Assembly: GCA_039024555.1 (NCBI GenBank)
Contig: JBCCQQ010000055.1
Location: forward strand, 1-42,615
Origin: Cyanobacteria bacterium P01_D01_bin.156
GTDB lineage: Bacteria > Cyanobacteriota > Cyanobacteriia > Phormidesmidales > Phormidesmidaceae
Length of the DNA: 42,615 nt
Direction: 5' to 3'
A model generated the notes under the pieces. The model had not been told where the DNA came from. It did not search any database and was given only the letters and a program-made list of their open reading frames with translations. Both the position numbers and the translations under genes were made by a program. Positions 1 through 10,326 of this stretch are shown piece by piece (within the stretch, counting starts at the first letter, position 1; the number at the start of each line of letters is the position of its first letter).

Positions 1-195
1 CTCTAGATAGCTTTGGTAGATTGACGGTATCATAGGGCGTGATAGGTCGTGTTCGTAAAACTAGCCTATCTTTTTTTATCTACCCATTCTTAACCACTGA
101 ATTTATAAGGCTTGCAGCAGTTGTGTAACCCCGTCAGCACAAAGGTATAACTTTTACCACTTCTTAATCTGTTATTAATAAACAGTAAGATAAGC

Positions 196-924
196 ATGCA
201 AGAGTGTCTGATGGTCAAAAGTCATCAAAACAATAACTTAGTCAGCCCTTTCCCCAGGAAATCCGGATCCAGCTTGGCTGTAATAGGTTTGATTGCAACT
301 ATTTCAATTAGCTTTCTAGGGATGGTCTTGTTAATCAGTTTGTTTCAACGGGTACCCGTTGACAAACTCACTGGGGATGTCACTGCGATCGCTGAAATAC
401 CTATTTACTCAGGATTACTTACACAGATAGGAATCTTCTTCTGGATAGCAGCAGCAGCAATCTGCTTGTTTAGCGCCACCATAATTCTCCCTAAAAATCA
501 TCTAAATAGTCTCAAAATCAGAAGATTTTTATTGATCTCAGCAATCATTACGCTTTTTCTTGGACTTGATGATGCTTTCTTATTTCACGAAGCTGTTTTT
601 CCCAGTTTAGGGATATCCGAAAATATCGTATACCTTAGCTATGCTGGCTTTTTTCTTTTTTACCTTGGCAAATTCTGGTCAATAATTTGCAAAACAGACT
701 ATAGAATAATGGTCCTTGCGCTGATCTTTTTCAGCATTTCTATTTTATTGGACATCGTTCATTTATTGAGTCCAATCGCATTTCTCTTTGAAGAGCCAAT
801 TTTCTCTTTTTTAGAAGATGCAGCAAAATTTACAGGCATCGTCAGTTGGTTTACATATTTCTTTCACGTTGGGCAATGGTCAATCAAGCATAGTGTGGCC
901 AAGCTTAATGCTGACGTCGTATAA
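196..924 (+). CDS. Hypothetical integral membrane protein (~6-7 TM)
   Basis: 242 aa ORF with repeated hydrophobic helices and polar intramembrane motifs LDDAFLFHE and LEDAAKF; start could be Met at 211. Confidence 0.7.
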   Translation: MQECLMVKSHQNNNLVSPFPRKSGSSLAVIGLIATISISFLGMVLLISLFQRVPVDKLTGDVTAIAEIPIYSGLLTQIGIFFWIAAAAICLFSATIILPKNHLNSLKIRRFLLISAIITLFLGLDDAFLFHEAVFPSLGISENIVYLSYAGFFLFYLGKFWSIICKTDYRIMVLALIFFSISILLDIVHLLSPIAFLFEEPIFSFLEDAAKFTGIVSWFTYFFHVGQWSIKHSVAKLNADVV

Positions 925-1231
925 ATGCAGGCTGGTATCTCTACCCTTATAGGACTACTGCGGTGGGATGGATACAATCTGTTTATTATGGGGGGAGCCA
1001 CTGCACTGCAAGTTGGCCCCGTCGCAAGAATCTGTTTGGTAAAAAATTAGCGTGAGATCGTATTATTCCTACCCGGATTCAAGAAAAGGCTCACATAGAA
1101 GCACCTTCTCGGTAGAACATTTTTATGTGAGCCTCTCTCTTTTCTTCTACAGAATCTGTTCTAATATAAAATTTTATACATTTGCTTCCGGGAACATAGT
1201 ACATAGATTGATTTTCCTAAAATCAGGCTTT

Positions 1232-2344
1232 CTAAGCATCCTCAAAAATAAACACTACGATTGTACATCCGATATAAATCAGCGTCATTATCATCGTGTA
1301 AAATGTCAACTCATTTGAAGATTCTGGGAACCAAACAAATACTTTTGTTATCCAGAATGAACATATCAAACCACCTGAAAGAAGGTTACCCCAAAATCCT
1401 TGCTCATCAATAGACATGAGCTTAAAAAATGTGGAAACACCCACTAAACTATAAAGGGTACGCAGCCAAGGAGAGAAAGTTGAAATATCCGAAGCCAAAC
1501 GTGCCTGGATTAGATTCATTTTAGAGGAGAAGAGACATTCTTGTACTGGATAAAAGAAGAGTAATCCACAACTGATAAGCGACATCACAACACAAAAAAT
1601 TGGATATCCCCCGCCAAAAAGTCCAAATCTCACTTTACGCGAAACATTCTTATCATCCAAAACCTGATCGATTATTCTTGATGCTCCATATATTGAAAAC
1701 AGCCCCACAAGCAAGAATAAATCATTTACAAAAGTATGACAGTTGCTAGCGAATATTGCTAGCGAAGGGATTGAGATCGCGGCTACAGTCACTAATAGTG
1801 TAGCCAGAGCAAGCTCTTCTATCTCTGCAGCAGATAAATTTTCATCGAAATTGACTATGACTATAACTCTTTCAGGATTTTGATATTCTTTATTCACCTC
1901 TTTCAAGACGTTTTTTTGATTTTCGAACAACGAGAACTTAAGGCTGCTTTCTAACCTCCAAAGAACTTTTTGCTTACTTTTGAAATTAGCATCAAGTTCA
2001 AATAATGAAGTATCAAACTCGGCAATTGTCCCTCCCCACTTACCTTTTCTTTGGTAAAGGATAGCGGTAAATTCACCATTCACAGGCAATTTCACAGTAT
2101 CAAAGGGGGCATCATCAACTCTGATTATTGCTTTTTTAGCATTCCTCGGAGTTACTTTTTTCAGAACTGATTGACGAGACTTCTCTCGATTTGCACCTAA
2201 CCTGTATGTCAGTGTCTCCTGCAAAATCTGAATAAGCTGCTCTCTTGTTTCCCCTGTAAATTCTCCAATATCCAACTCTGCAATACGCCCACGCCACAGA
2301 TCTTCTCTTTCTGGATAAATAAATCCGTTAAATCGAAAAACCAT
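1232..2344 (-). CDS. Hypothetical protein: two tandem N-terminal soluble repeats (HicB-like) plus ~6 C-terminal TM helices
   Basis: 370 aa AT-rich ORF; internal repeat FNGFIY..W.GRIAELD / FTAILY..W.GTIAEFD; hydrophobic C-terminal half. Confidence 0.65.
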   Translation of the reverse strand: MVFRFNGFIYPEREDLWRGRIAELDIGEFTGETREQLIQILQETLTYRLGANREKSRQSVLKKVTPRNAKKAIIRVDDAPFDTVKLPVNGEFTAILYQRKGKWGGTIAEFDTSLFELDANFKSKQKVLWRLESSLKFSLFENQKNVLKEVNKEYQNPERVIVIVNFDENLSAAEIEELALATLLVTVAAISIPSLAIFASNCHTFVNDLFLLVGLFSIYGASRIIDQVLDDKNVSRKVRFGLFGGGYPIFCVVMSLISCGLLFFYPVQECLFSSKMNLIQARLASDISTFSPWLRTLYSLVGVSTFFKLMSIDEQGFWGNLLSGGLICSFWITKVFVWFPESSNELTFYTMIMTLIYIGCTIVVFIFEDA

Positions 2345-2427
2345 ACGATATAGGACTCTTGTAATTATCTATACGTTTTTACTGTTAAGCTGATTCCAGC
2401 TATAATTGGCTCGTAAAAAGCATAATA

Positions 2428-4050
2428 TTATTCAACGAAACACAGAACTGTTTCAACAATACTCAAAGCAACTGCCTCAGCAACTTTAATTCCATCCACA
2501 CCAGCAGAGAGAATCCCCCCTGCATAGCCTGCCCCTTCGCCCGCAGGATAAAGGCCCTTTGTATTCAAACTCTGAAAATCTTCTCCTCGCTTAATGCGTA
2601 TGGGCGAAGACGTGCGAGTCTCCACTCCCGTCAACACCGCATCTTCCATAGCAAAGCCTTTAATCTTTTTATCAAATACGGGTAATGCTTCACGAATTGC
2701 TTCAATGGCATAGTCCGGCAAACTAGGGCTCAGATCGCATAAATGCACTCCCGGTCGATACGTAGGCCTCACGCTTCCCAACTGCGTCGATGGCCTACCT
2801 ACCAAAAAGTCCCCCACTAGCTGCCCCGGTGCTGCATAGGTCCCCCCACCCAGCTCAAACGCACGAGATTCTAACTCTCGCTGCAACGCAATGCCCGCTA
2901 AGGGACCGCCCGGATAATCTTTTTCTGGCGTAATGCCCACCACAATGCCACTATTCGCATTCTTACCACTGCGCTCATACTGGCTCATACCATTAGTCAC
3001 CACCCGCCCCGTCTCGGACGTAGCTGCCACCACCTGCCCCCCAGGACACATGCAAAAGCTATAAACCGAACGTCCATTGCTGCAGTGGTGCACCAGCTTA
3101 TAGTCCGCCGCCCCTAAAATAGGATGTCCCGCCTGCTCACCAAACCGACATTCATCGATTAGCGGCTGAGGATGCTCTACCCGGAAGCCCACAGAAAAGG
3201 GCTTCGGCTCAATGTACACCCCACGTCGGTGCAGCATTTCAAAGGTATCGCGGGCACTGTGCCCCACTGCCAACACCACGTGGTCCGTAGGAATATGCTC
3301 GCCATTGGCCAACACCACACCCTGCACCTGACGATCTTCGATTTCAATATCGTCCACGCGGGTTTCAAAACGCACTTCTCCACCAAGCGAGATAATCGTA
3401 TTGCGCAGGTTCTCGACAATTTTTACTAGACGATAGGTGCCAATGTGGGGCTTATTGATATAGAGAATTTCTGGCACAGCCCCGGCATTCACCAGCTCCT
3501 GCAGCACCTTGCGACCATGGTGGTTATTGTCCTTAATGCGGCTGTAGAGCTTGCCATCGGAAAAGGTACCTGCCCCACCTTCTCCAAACTGAGCGTTGGA
3601 TTCGGGCTTAAACTTGCGCTTACTCCAAAAGCCAAAGGTATCTTGCGATCGCTCATGCACCGCCTTGCCCCGCTCTAAAATAATCGGCCTAAACCCCATC
3701 TGGGCCAGCAACAACCCAGCAAACATACCGCAGGGACCATTGCCAATCACCACAGGACGATGTTCCAACACCTTAGGTGCTTCAGCCACATAGCGATAGC
3801 TAGTATCCGGTGTGGGAGTCACATGGGGATCTTTCTTAAACCGGTTAAGCAGCGGCTTCTGCCTAGGCGTATCCACATCAATGATGTACACCAACCGAAT
3901 ATCATCCCGTTTGCGGGCATCGTAGCTACGTTTAAAGACCTTATAGCTGGTTAGTTCCGATGCCTTCAACCGCAGTTTCTTTAGAATCGCGGCGTGCAAG
4001 TCCTCCTCCGTATGGTCGAGGGACAGCTTGATCTCGGAAAGGCGCAGCAT
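2428..4050 (-). CDS. NAD(P)/FAD-dependent oxidoreductase (uncharacterised FAD-dependent dehydrogenase family)
   Basis: Rossmann motif VVIGNGPCG, FGEGGAGTFSDGKL, FCMCPGG, GVETRTSSP, GEGAGYAGGI; start moved from 4179 to ATG 4050 (MLRLSEIKL), the usual N-terminus for this family. Confidence 0.9.
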   Translation of the reverse strand: MLRLSEIKLSLDHTEEDLHAAILKKLRLKASELTSYKVFKRSYDARKRDDIRLVYIIDVDTPRQKPLLNRFKKDPHVTPTPDTSYRYVAEAPKVLEHRPVVIGNGPCGMFAGLLLAQMGFRPIILERGKAVHERSQDTFGFWSKRKFKPESNAQFGEGGAGTFSDGKLYSRIKDNNHHGRKVLQELVNAGAVPEILYINKPHIGTYRLVKIVENLRNTIISLGGEVRFETRVDDIEIEDRQVQGVVLANGEHIPTDHVVLAVGHSARDTFEMLHRRGVYIEPKPFSVGFRVEHPQPLIDECRFGEQAGHPILGAADYKLVHHCSNGRSVYSFCMCPGGQVVAATSETGRVVTNGMSQYERSGKNANSGIVVGITPEKDYPGGPLAGIALQRELESRAFELGGGTYAAPGQLVGDFLVGRPSTQLGSVRPTYRPGVHLCDLSPSLPDYAIEAIREALPVFDKKIKGFAMEDAVLTGVETRTSSPIRIKRGEDFQSLNTKGLYPAGEGAGYAGGILSAGVDGIKVAEAVALSIVETVLCFVE

Positions 4051-4273
4051 GGAAGGAAATGGGCACGGGTCACTGCCTATTTTGCCATGCTTGTCTAGAA
4101 ATGGCCTGCCGTTGCTCATACTCAGGATGAATTTGTCTGTCAAATCCAGACAAATAGCGAGTTCTACAGATCGTTGCATCTCCTAAATCAGCAACGGCAG
4201 AGATAGCCCCGCAGTTAGCAAATGTCAGCAAACATGGTAGACAAGTATCACACCGTTTACCGATGCCCCCGTC

Positions 4274-5830
4274 GTGTTCACCCGAAAGCTAAAATTCCTA
4301 GCTGCCCCTCCGGCAAAATGGCTAGAGTCCTTATCCATAATAGGGCTAGGACTGGGAGTTTTAGTTCGCCTAGTGCAGTACCTTAGCAATCGTTCCCTCT
4401 GGTTTGATGAGGTATCCCTAGCACTCAATCTGCTAGAAAGAGACTATTTTGGCCTGCTGCGTGCCCTCGACTACAACCAGGCGGCACCGCCCCTATTTCT
4501 ATGGATTGAAAAGTTTTTAATTAATACCTGGGGTGGCCATGAATATGCCCTACGGCTGTTTCCTCTCCTAGGGGGTCTCCTTTCTCTAGGTCTTTATTAT
4601 CGGTTTACGCAACAGTTCTCTCGCGGTTGGGTACGGGTAATCGCCATCTGGTTATTTTCCCTACAGGGTTACATTGTTTACTTTTCCGGTGAAACCAAGC
4701 CCTACAGCTGGGATGTAGCCCTGGGTATCTGGTTGTTTATGCTGGTCATGGCACTGGACACCATTAAACCCAGTCTCCAAAAACTACTCACAGCGTCAGC
4801 GGTAGGAGCTGTAAGCATTTGGCTGGCATTTCCCAGCATTTTTGTCATGGCTGGCATAGAAGGTGCCAACATTGTTAAGCTGCGTCTTTGGAGAGAATCC
4901 TGGCAACAGATTAAAGCGTTTCTCATACGGCGATTAGCGCTTTACAGTATTTGGGTAGGCAGCTTTTGTTGTCTGTATTTTGGCATCATTCAAAGCACCT
5001 TAGCCGAAACAGGGCTGAGCGACAGCTGGGCAGGACGCTACCCTGACAGTTGGCTCGATGGCCTGTGGTTATTGGATTCCATGGGACGTTTCTTTTACAG
5101 ACCCATGGGGTTTTCTAGCCCTGCCGATGGTATTGCCCTTGTTGCGTTTCTAGCCGGTCTGGTCTGTCTATATCGCACCCGCAGGCTACAGCTGCTGTAT
5201 TTAGGCGCTCCTTTTATTGCCAACTTAGTGGCATCCTATCTGCACAAGTATCCGTTTCGAGAACGGCTAGTTCTGTACCTGGTTCCCTTTGGGTTAATCA
5301 TCTTGGCAGAAGGGATTGTATTTTGGTGCGATCGCATAAATAAACGTCCTCGCATCCTTGGCATCATCAGCGTCATCATGGCAGTCAGCCTGGTAGTTAT
5401 GCCCATTGGTAAATCACTACAAGACATTGTGCGGCCCACCAACTTTCACTTTGACCATGTGCGTCCGGCCATGGCATACATCCAAAAGCAATGGCAGCCG
5501 GGGGATAAGCTGTACGTCTTTACACGGGCACGTCCACAGTTTCAATACTATAACTACCGTTTTGAGTTCTCAGAACAAGATACTTTCTTGAGCAAAATGG
5601 AGGACATCGGCATCAAAAAGTTGGAAGGAGACGACCTGGATCAGTACGAACAAGAACTTAGCGCACTCAAAGCAGGGCCTTTAGCAGGACAGTCAAGAGT
5701 TTGGCTTTTATTAGCTCGTAAAAAGCCCCACGCGGAAAACGATATTGTTGAACGCATCAACCAGGTCATAGTCCCATTGGAACGAAAACAATTCCCTGGC
5801 GCTATGGTAGGGCTATATGATTTCTCGTAG
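4274..5830 (+). CDS. GT-C fold membrane glycosyltransferase (family 39 / PMT-like)
   Basis: RSLWFDE motif after TM1, YNQAAPPLF, EYALRLFP, ETKPYS, YPFRERL; many TM helices and a C-terminal soluble domain. Confidence 0.8.
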   Translation: MFTRKLKFLAAPPAKWLESLSIIGLGLGVLVRLVQYLSNRSLWFDEVSLALNLLERDYFGLLRALDYNQAAPPLFLWIEKFLINTWGGHEYALRLFPLLGGLLSLGLYYRFTQQFSRGWVRVIAIWLFSLQGYIVYFSGETKPYSWDVALGIWLFMLVMALDTIKPSLQKLLTASAVGAVSIWLAFPSIFVMAGIEGANIVKLRLWRESWQQIKAFLIRRLALYSIWVGSFCCLYFGIIQSTLAETGLSDSWAGRYPDSWLDGLWLLDSMGRFFYRPMGFSSPADGIALVAFLAGLVCLYRTRRLQLLYLGAPFIANLVASYLHKYPFRERLVLYLVPFGLIILAEGIVFWCDRINKRPRILGIISVIMAVSLVVMPIGKSLQDIVRPTNFHFDHVRPAMAYIQKQWQPGDKLYVFTRARPQFQYYNYRFEFSEQDTFLSKMEDIGIKKLEGDDLDQYEQELSALKAGPLAGQSRVWLLLARKKPHAENDIVERINQVIVPLERKQFPGAMVGLYDFS

Positions 5831-5867
5831 ATATATCTGAGCAATTCTCAATGGGAAACTCTTATCC

Positions 5868-6458
5868 ATGGCCCTATCTAGCAAAGCCTTAGCCATCACT
5901 AAAATTGAATCTCCCATAGGCGAGATCCTCCTGGTTACAGATGAAGATACTCTGGTGTCCCTCGACTACGAAGGCTACGAACACAGAATGATGCGCTTAC
6001 TAGAAAAGCGGTATGGCGCATTTACACTGACTGAAACATCAAACTCTTCTGAAAGATCAGCTTCCATAGAGCATATTGTCACTGCTTTACAACGCTATCT
6101 AGCAGGGGAGCTGACTGCCATTGACACTATTCAGGTCGACCCAGGGGGAACAAAATTCCAGAGCACGGTGTGGCACACCTTACGTTCTATTCCCCCTGGC
6201 ACAGTTATGTCCTACGGCTCTTTAGCACAGTATTTAGGGAATCCCAATGCTGTGCGTGCGGTTGGTACTACCAACAGTCTGAATCCTATTTCGATTGTAC
6301 TACCCTGCCATCGAGTCATTGGCGCTAATGGTAACCTAACGGGCTATGCCGGTGGTCTAGAGCGCAAACGATGGCTATTACAACATGAAGGTATCGACAC
6401 CACAAACCTAAAACAACAGGGTAAACATCAACAGCTCTCCTTACTCGATCTAGAATAA
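5868..6458 (+). CDS. ogt: Methylated-DNA--protein-cysteine S-methyltransferase
   Basis: Active-site PCHRV motif, SPIGEI, GTKFQSTVW, AVRAVG, YAGGLERKRWLL. Confidence 0.93.
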   Translation: MALSSKALAITKIESPIGEILLVTDEDTLVSLDYEGYEHRMMRLLEKRYGAFTLTETSNSSERSASIEHIVTALQRYLAGELTAIDTIQVDPGGTKFQSTVWHTLRSIPPGTVMSYGSLAQYLGNPNAVRAVGTTNSLNPISIVLPCHRVIGANGNLTGYAGGLERKRWLLQHEGIDTTNLKQQGKHQQLSLLDLE

Positions 6459-6476
6459 ATCTCACATGTATCTTTG

Positions 6477-7229
6477 CTAGATAAATCCTTCCATCACCCG
6501 TTCTCCCGATGGGCTGCTGGCAGATGTTTCACTCCCGTCAACGGTCACAAACAGCTCAGTAGCTTTAACACCCTTAGGTGGTGACTCCGGAGGGGTAAAG
6601 CGAACAAATACAGAGCCTGTTTGATCAGTATTAAATTCTCCGCAGTAAATGATGTCCCCATTTTCAAGGGTTAGCCACATACGATAAATCTCATTAGGCG
6701 GTAGGGGCGGTAAATCTCCTAGGGACACAATTACCTCTTGCCAATTACCTGGGGTAAATAACAAGGTTCCTGCAGCATCACTATCACTACCGGTTAAGGA
6801 TATAAGGCGACTATTCGGTTGTTGAAGAATCGATGCAACCCGATCCTGAGCAACATCCTGGGCTAGTTGATAACGTAGCCGAAAGTTATCTGCCAATAGC
6901 CCTAAAGCTGCCACAGAGACTAGGCCAAATAAGACTTTTAAGATAGACCAGGTGGATTTTGGCTGAGTTTTCTGTGGTAAAGCGTTCGCTGGTAAAGCAG
7001 CCGTGATTTTTTGTCGTAACTGCTCAGGTGGTGTGACGATAGAGAGAGCCTGGGGCATGAGTTCATAACTAGCTTGTAGTGAGTGAATCTCCCGGACAAG
7101 ATTGGGATTTTCCACAACAAGCTTTTCAAGGGTGGCAATTTCTTCTGGAGTTAAATCGCCCAAGACATAACCAGCAGCTAGCATTTTTTCCTCTTCAGAC
7201 AGTGGGCTCAACATATTGTTTGCGTTCAT
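6477..7229 (-). CDS. Anti-sigma factor (RskA-like)
   Basis: N-terminal LAAGYVLGDL anti-sigma motif, single TM, C-terminal LPPLPPNEIYRMW; overlaps the stop of the upstream ECF sigma gene by 4 nt. Confidence 0.85.
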   Translation of the reverse strand: MNANNMLSPLSEEEKMLAAGYVLGDLTPEEIATLEKLVVENPNLVREIHSLQASYELMPQALSIVTPPEQLRQKITAALPANALPQKTQPKSTWSILKVLFGLVSVAALGLLADNFRLRYQLAQDVAQDRVASILQQPNSRLISLTGSDSDAAGTLLFTPGNWQEVIVSLGDLPPLPPNEIYRMWLTLENGDIIYCGEFNTDQTGSVFVRFTPPESPPKGVKATELFVTVDGSETSASSPSGERVMEGFI

Positions 7230-7789
7230 TCCACACGTGCCCCCAATCGCTGTCGTAATTCCATAAGTCCCTTACGAGCACGAGTTTTTACAGTGCCCAA
7301 TGGCATATCTAGCTGTTTAGCAATTTCGGCATGGGTGATGCCCTGATAAAAGTTCATTTCTAAAATCTGACGATGCGGTTCTTTCAGCTGTGATAGGGCC
7401 TGCCGTACAGCCTCTTGCTGTTCTATTCTGGAGGCCTGCTCTAATGGAGTTGGGGGGCGATCGGGCAAAACACTCCGTTTCAGTCGTTGCAAAGAACGTT
7501 GATGAGTACCCCGTTTAGCTAGTCGGGTCAACGCTCGCGAACGAGTGACTAATGCCAAATAGGTGCGCAGAGATGCCCGCGCCGGGTCATACTTATCGTT
7601 TTGCCAAAAATTCAGAAAGATTTCCTGGGTCAGATCTTCCACTTCGGCAGGCTGCTTCAGGAATCTACTAGCGACTGTGTACACTAGGCCACCATAGCGG
7701 TCATAGAGCAACGTCAGTGCTGCTTGATTCCCAGATCTCAAACTACGAATTAGCTCAATATCAGGGGCATCATTAGAAAAATGGGCCAT
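7226..7789 (-). CDS. ECF sigma-70 family RNA polymerase sigma factor
   Basis: Region 2 (LYDRYGGLVY, EDLTQEIF..FW) and region 4 (THAEIAKQLDMPLGTVKTR). Confidence 0.92.
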   Translation of the reverse strand: MAHFSNDAPDIELIRSLRSGNQAALTLLYDRYGGLVYTVASRFLKQPAEVEDLTQEIFLNFWQNDKYDPARASLRTYLALVTRSRALTRLAKRGTHQRSLQRLKRSVLPDRPPTPLEQASRIEQQEAVRQALSQLKEPHRQILEMNFYQGITHAEIAKQLDMPLGTVKTRARKGLMELRQRLGARVE

Positions 7790-7912
7790 ACAAATGTAGC
7801 TGATACCATGCTAAAAGCTGAGGTCAACGTAACCTATAAAAGATGAAGTTTACCTAGCTGTTACTTATTACTTCTAACGCTTACCGTTGGATTGAAATGT
7901 GTTCTATCAAAA

Positions 7913-8375
7913 TCAATAGCACCCCTGTACCAAAGCACGATACCGAGAACCTTCATTATCAATACTGCCAACATACATATTGACCTGATAAGGGTGTAGA
8001 GACTCGTGGTCGTTGTAGATGAGATCGCTACTGTCATCACTATATTTCATGGCTAATTTCGATGTCATAGTCATCCGACTCTTCTGGAATCACCACCAAA
8101 ATAGATTGTTCATAGGTAGTGCCACCAGGAATTTCCCAGTCACTATTAAAATTATCGCGAATACGTAACCCTGGTATCGGCCCCGGTATCAGCAAGGGCG
8201 GATTTTGAGGCGTTTTCTCCACTTCAGAACCTTCACTGCCCTACAAGAGTAAGTGCTGGGCCGTGGTTCCTGCTGGGCATCAGTCAGTAAACGCGGTTTC
8301 CTGGCCTTGAGCTAGAGGCAACGATATACCGGGAGCAACTAGAGCTAAAACAAATGCAAGGGGCAGGTATCTCAT
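7913..8375 (-). pseudogene. Degraded gene for a secreted cyanobacterial hypothetical protein
   Basis: ATG 8375 gives signal peptide MRYLPLAFVLALVAPGISLPLAQG; two in-frame stops then lead in the same frame into the tracked 8040..8222 ORF (RDNFNSDWEIPGG); after a frameshift near 8050 it continues MKYSDDSSDLIY...PYQVNMYVGS..GSRYRALVQGCY*. Confidence 0.7.
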
Positions 8376-8799
8376 GCCTTGGAAAGGCATCTCCATTCAC
8401 CAGAATAAGATGACTCTTTACATTTATCCCTTGCACCAGTCAGATTTTTTACTAGGCATTCAGGTAGACCCTAAACCGATATCTCCAGCCAATACAGCTA
8501 TCGTGTCAAACACGCTAATGTCTGTATCACCAAGAAATGACATATTAAGGGAATCGCTGGTGGCCGACAGCACTCCCAGGTCATTTTTTTCTTAGTCAAA
8601 TCACCTATGAAACTACATAGCTCTGGTAGCGTCAGTCTCAAAGGATGGAAAGGCTAAGTCTCTAATGCGCTACATGCTTCAGCGATATCAATAAATTTAT
8701 GATATATGTGCATTTAAACACGCAACACTTATGCATGTCGCTTACAATCATCCATTTATTCTTCTTTTGAGTTTCTGAGTCTTGTAGATTATCGTCACT

Positions 8800-9846
8800 T
8801 TGAGTATCATGAAATCCCAATATTTTATCAGGAAAATTTTCGCCTTTTTATTTCAAAAATCTATATCACGAAGACTTTTCAGGAACACTATCAACAGGGT
8901 TCAAAAATCATCAGTCAAGCAACAAACAAATACTTTTTCAACCAAAGAAAAGTCTGCATCAGAGATTCTAATTTTGTTTGTTTTTCTCTTATTAGTAGGA
9001 TGTGTGGTTAGTTTTCAGATCGGCCATGCAGTAGCTCAAGGTAAAACATTAAAAGGCTGGCAAATCATTGGCAGCTTAGTTGCGGCCTTACCTTTATTCG
9101 ATTTAATAAGGGGTTTTATAGAGGGTTCAATCGATGGAGTTATCGAAACTGAGAAGTTCAGAGAGAAAAACATTACTTCCTTAGTTACTCGAGACGATCA
9201 TGACCAAGTTAGCGACACAAATTATAGAAGGAAAAGGCATTACATATCCTGCATAATTTCTGACAACAAAAGTTTTGGCATGAAGAACCTTAAAATCAGC
9301 GAAGTTAATAAAGGTATTTTGCAAGATAGAGACAGAAAAAGCGATGAAGAATTGAGTTCTGATCTATCAGAACTATTTGAAGGAGAGAAAAAAAGGCGGA
9401 GAGTAGTATGTAGTATTGTTCAGCTACCAGACCAAGATTTCCTTTTCAATGTAGCTGCTAAAGTAAGTGTAGAAATCTTAGGCAAAACTCAAAAAGAAAT
9501 ATCTAAATCTCCCACAGATCATCGATTCTTCGAGGATATTTACATTTATTTAAAAGCATGGTTGAAATGTAGCGTAGATAGCAATGAGAGTTACATCTTA
9601 GATAATGATGCAGACAACTTTACTGTGATGCCTATTAGCTATATAGGCATCAATTATCCGACAACAAATAAACCTGACAAATACTTATATATTAAGGCTA
9701 TCAACTACATGATTAATGAAATTTTCACTGAAGATATATCAGGCAAACTATTTCCAGATGTGGAAGAATACGTCGCATCTCCAGAGGTCAGAAACTATAT
9801 CAAAAAATACTTGAAGAAGTTGAGAAGTGAAATAGATAGATATTAA
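8800..9846 (+). CDS. Hypothetical protein, 2 TM helices plus large soluble C-terminal domain
   Basis: 348 aa ORF in AT-rich DNA; TM segments ILILFVFLLLVGCVVSF and WQIIGSLVAALPLF; start uncertain. Confidence 0.65.
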   Translation: MSIMKSQYFIRKIFAFLFQKSISRRLFRNTINRVQKSSVKQQTNTFSTKEKSASEILILFVFLLLVGCVVSFQIGHAVAQGKTLKGWQIIGSLVAALPLFDLIRGFIEGSIDGVIETEKFREKNITSLVTRDDHDQVSDTNYRRKRHYISCIISDNKSFGMKNLKISEVNKGILQDRDRKSDEELSSDLSELFEGEKKRRRVVCSIVQLPDQDFLFNVAAKVSVEILGKTQKEISKSPTDHRFFEDIYIYLKAWLKCSVDSNESYILDNDADNFTVMPISYIGINYPTTNKPDKYLYIKAINYMINEIFTEDISGKLFPDVEEYVASPEVRNYIKKYLKKLRSEIDRY

Positions 9847-9868
9847 AAATCTATCTTCCAACTTTGGA

Positions 9869-10135
9869 CTATCTCTTAAAGCCCCGCAAATCGGCATCAT
9901 TGATATCGAGGTCAGTATTCGATATTTCGTCAATAATTTTTTTATACTTCAATAAATCCTGTCGATTAACTGTGTCAAGGACTTTTTTATTCATCATTTT
10001 AGTCTTAACATCTTGCACTTGCTTCCGTAGGTCTGAGTCCTGTGCTTTACCACTGACAGATGTAAGAATCCTGAAAATACCTTTCATTAGTACTTTTGCA
10101 GAGAACATATTTACGAGCTTGCTTGCTTTTATCAT
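9869..10135 (-). CDS. Small hypothetical helical protein
   Basis: 88 aa charged ORF convergent with 8800..9846; an upstream in-frame Met is cut off by a TGA, so the gene may be truncated. Confidence 0.4.
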   Translation of the reverse strand: MIKASKLVNMFSAKVLMKGIFRILTSVSGKAQDSDLRKQVQDVKTKMMNKKVLDTVNRQDLLKYKKIIDEISNTDLDINDADLRGFKR

Positions 10136-10326
10136 TTTTTCTGCAAGTCCTTTAAGCTCTCAGGACAATTCGTTCATCAACCAAGAGTGACACCAAATAT
10201 TTCGGATGAGATTTCACTATCAAACAGCAAGGTTGTGACTTATTGAATAAACGTTATTGTGATGCACACATGAATAGTACGTTTGAACTATAAAAATGTC
10301 AATGTTTAGCTTCCACTTCTCACGTT

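Noticed and set aside
1052..1318. 88 aa + strand ORF
   Set aside because: Overlaps the 3' end of the 370 aa minus-strand gene, has no motifs, and looks like an AT-rich chance ORF
2361..2374. GTA-N8-TAC match just upstream of the HicB-like gene
   Set aside because: Only the minimal 6-bp consensus in AT-rich DNA, expected by chance; no supporting promoter geometry
4051..4179. 43 aa N-terminal extension of the FAD oxidoreductase in the ORF track
   Set aside because: The family-like sequence starts at MLRLSEIKL; the extension overlaps the divergent promoter region
8374..8595. 73 aa + strand ORF
   Set aside because: No motifs; lies in the upstream region of the minus-strand pseudogene
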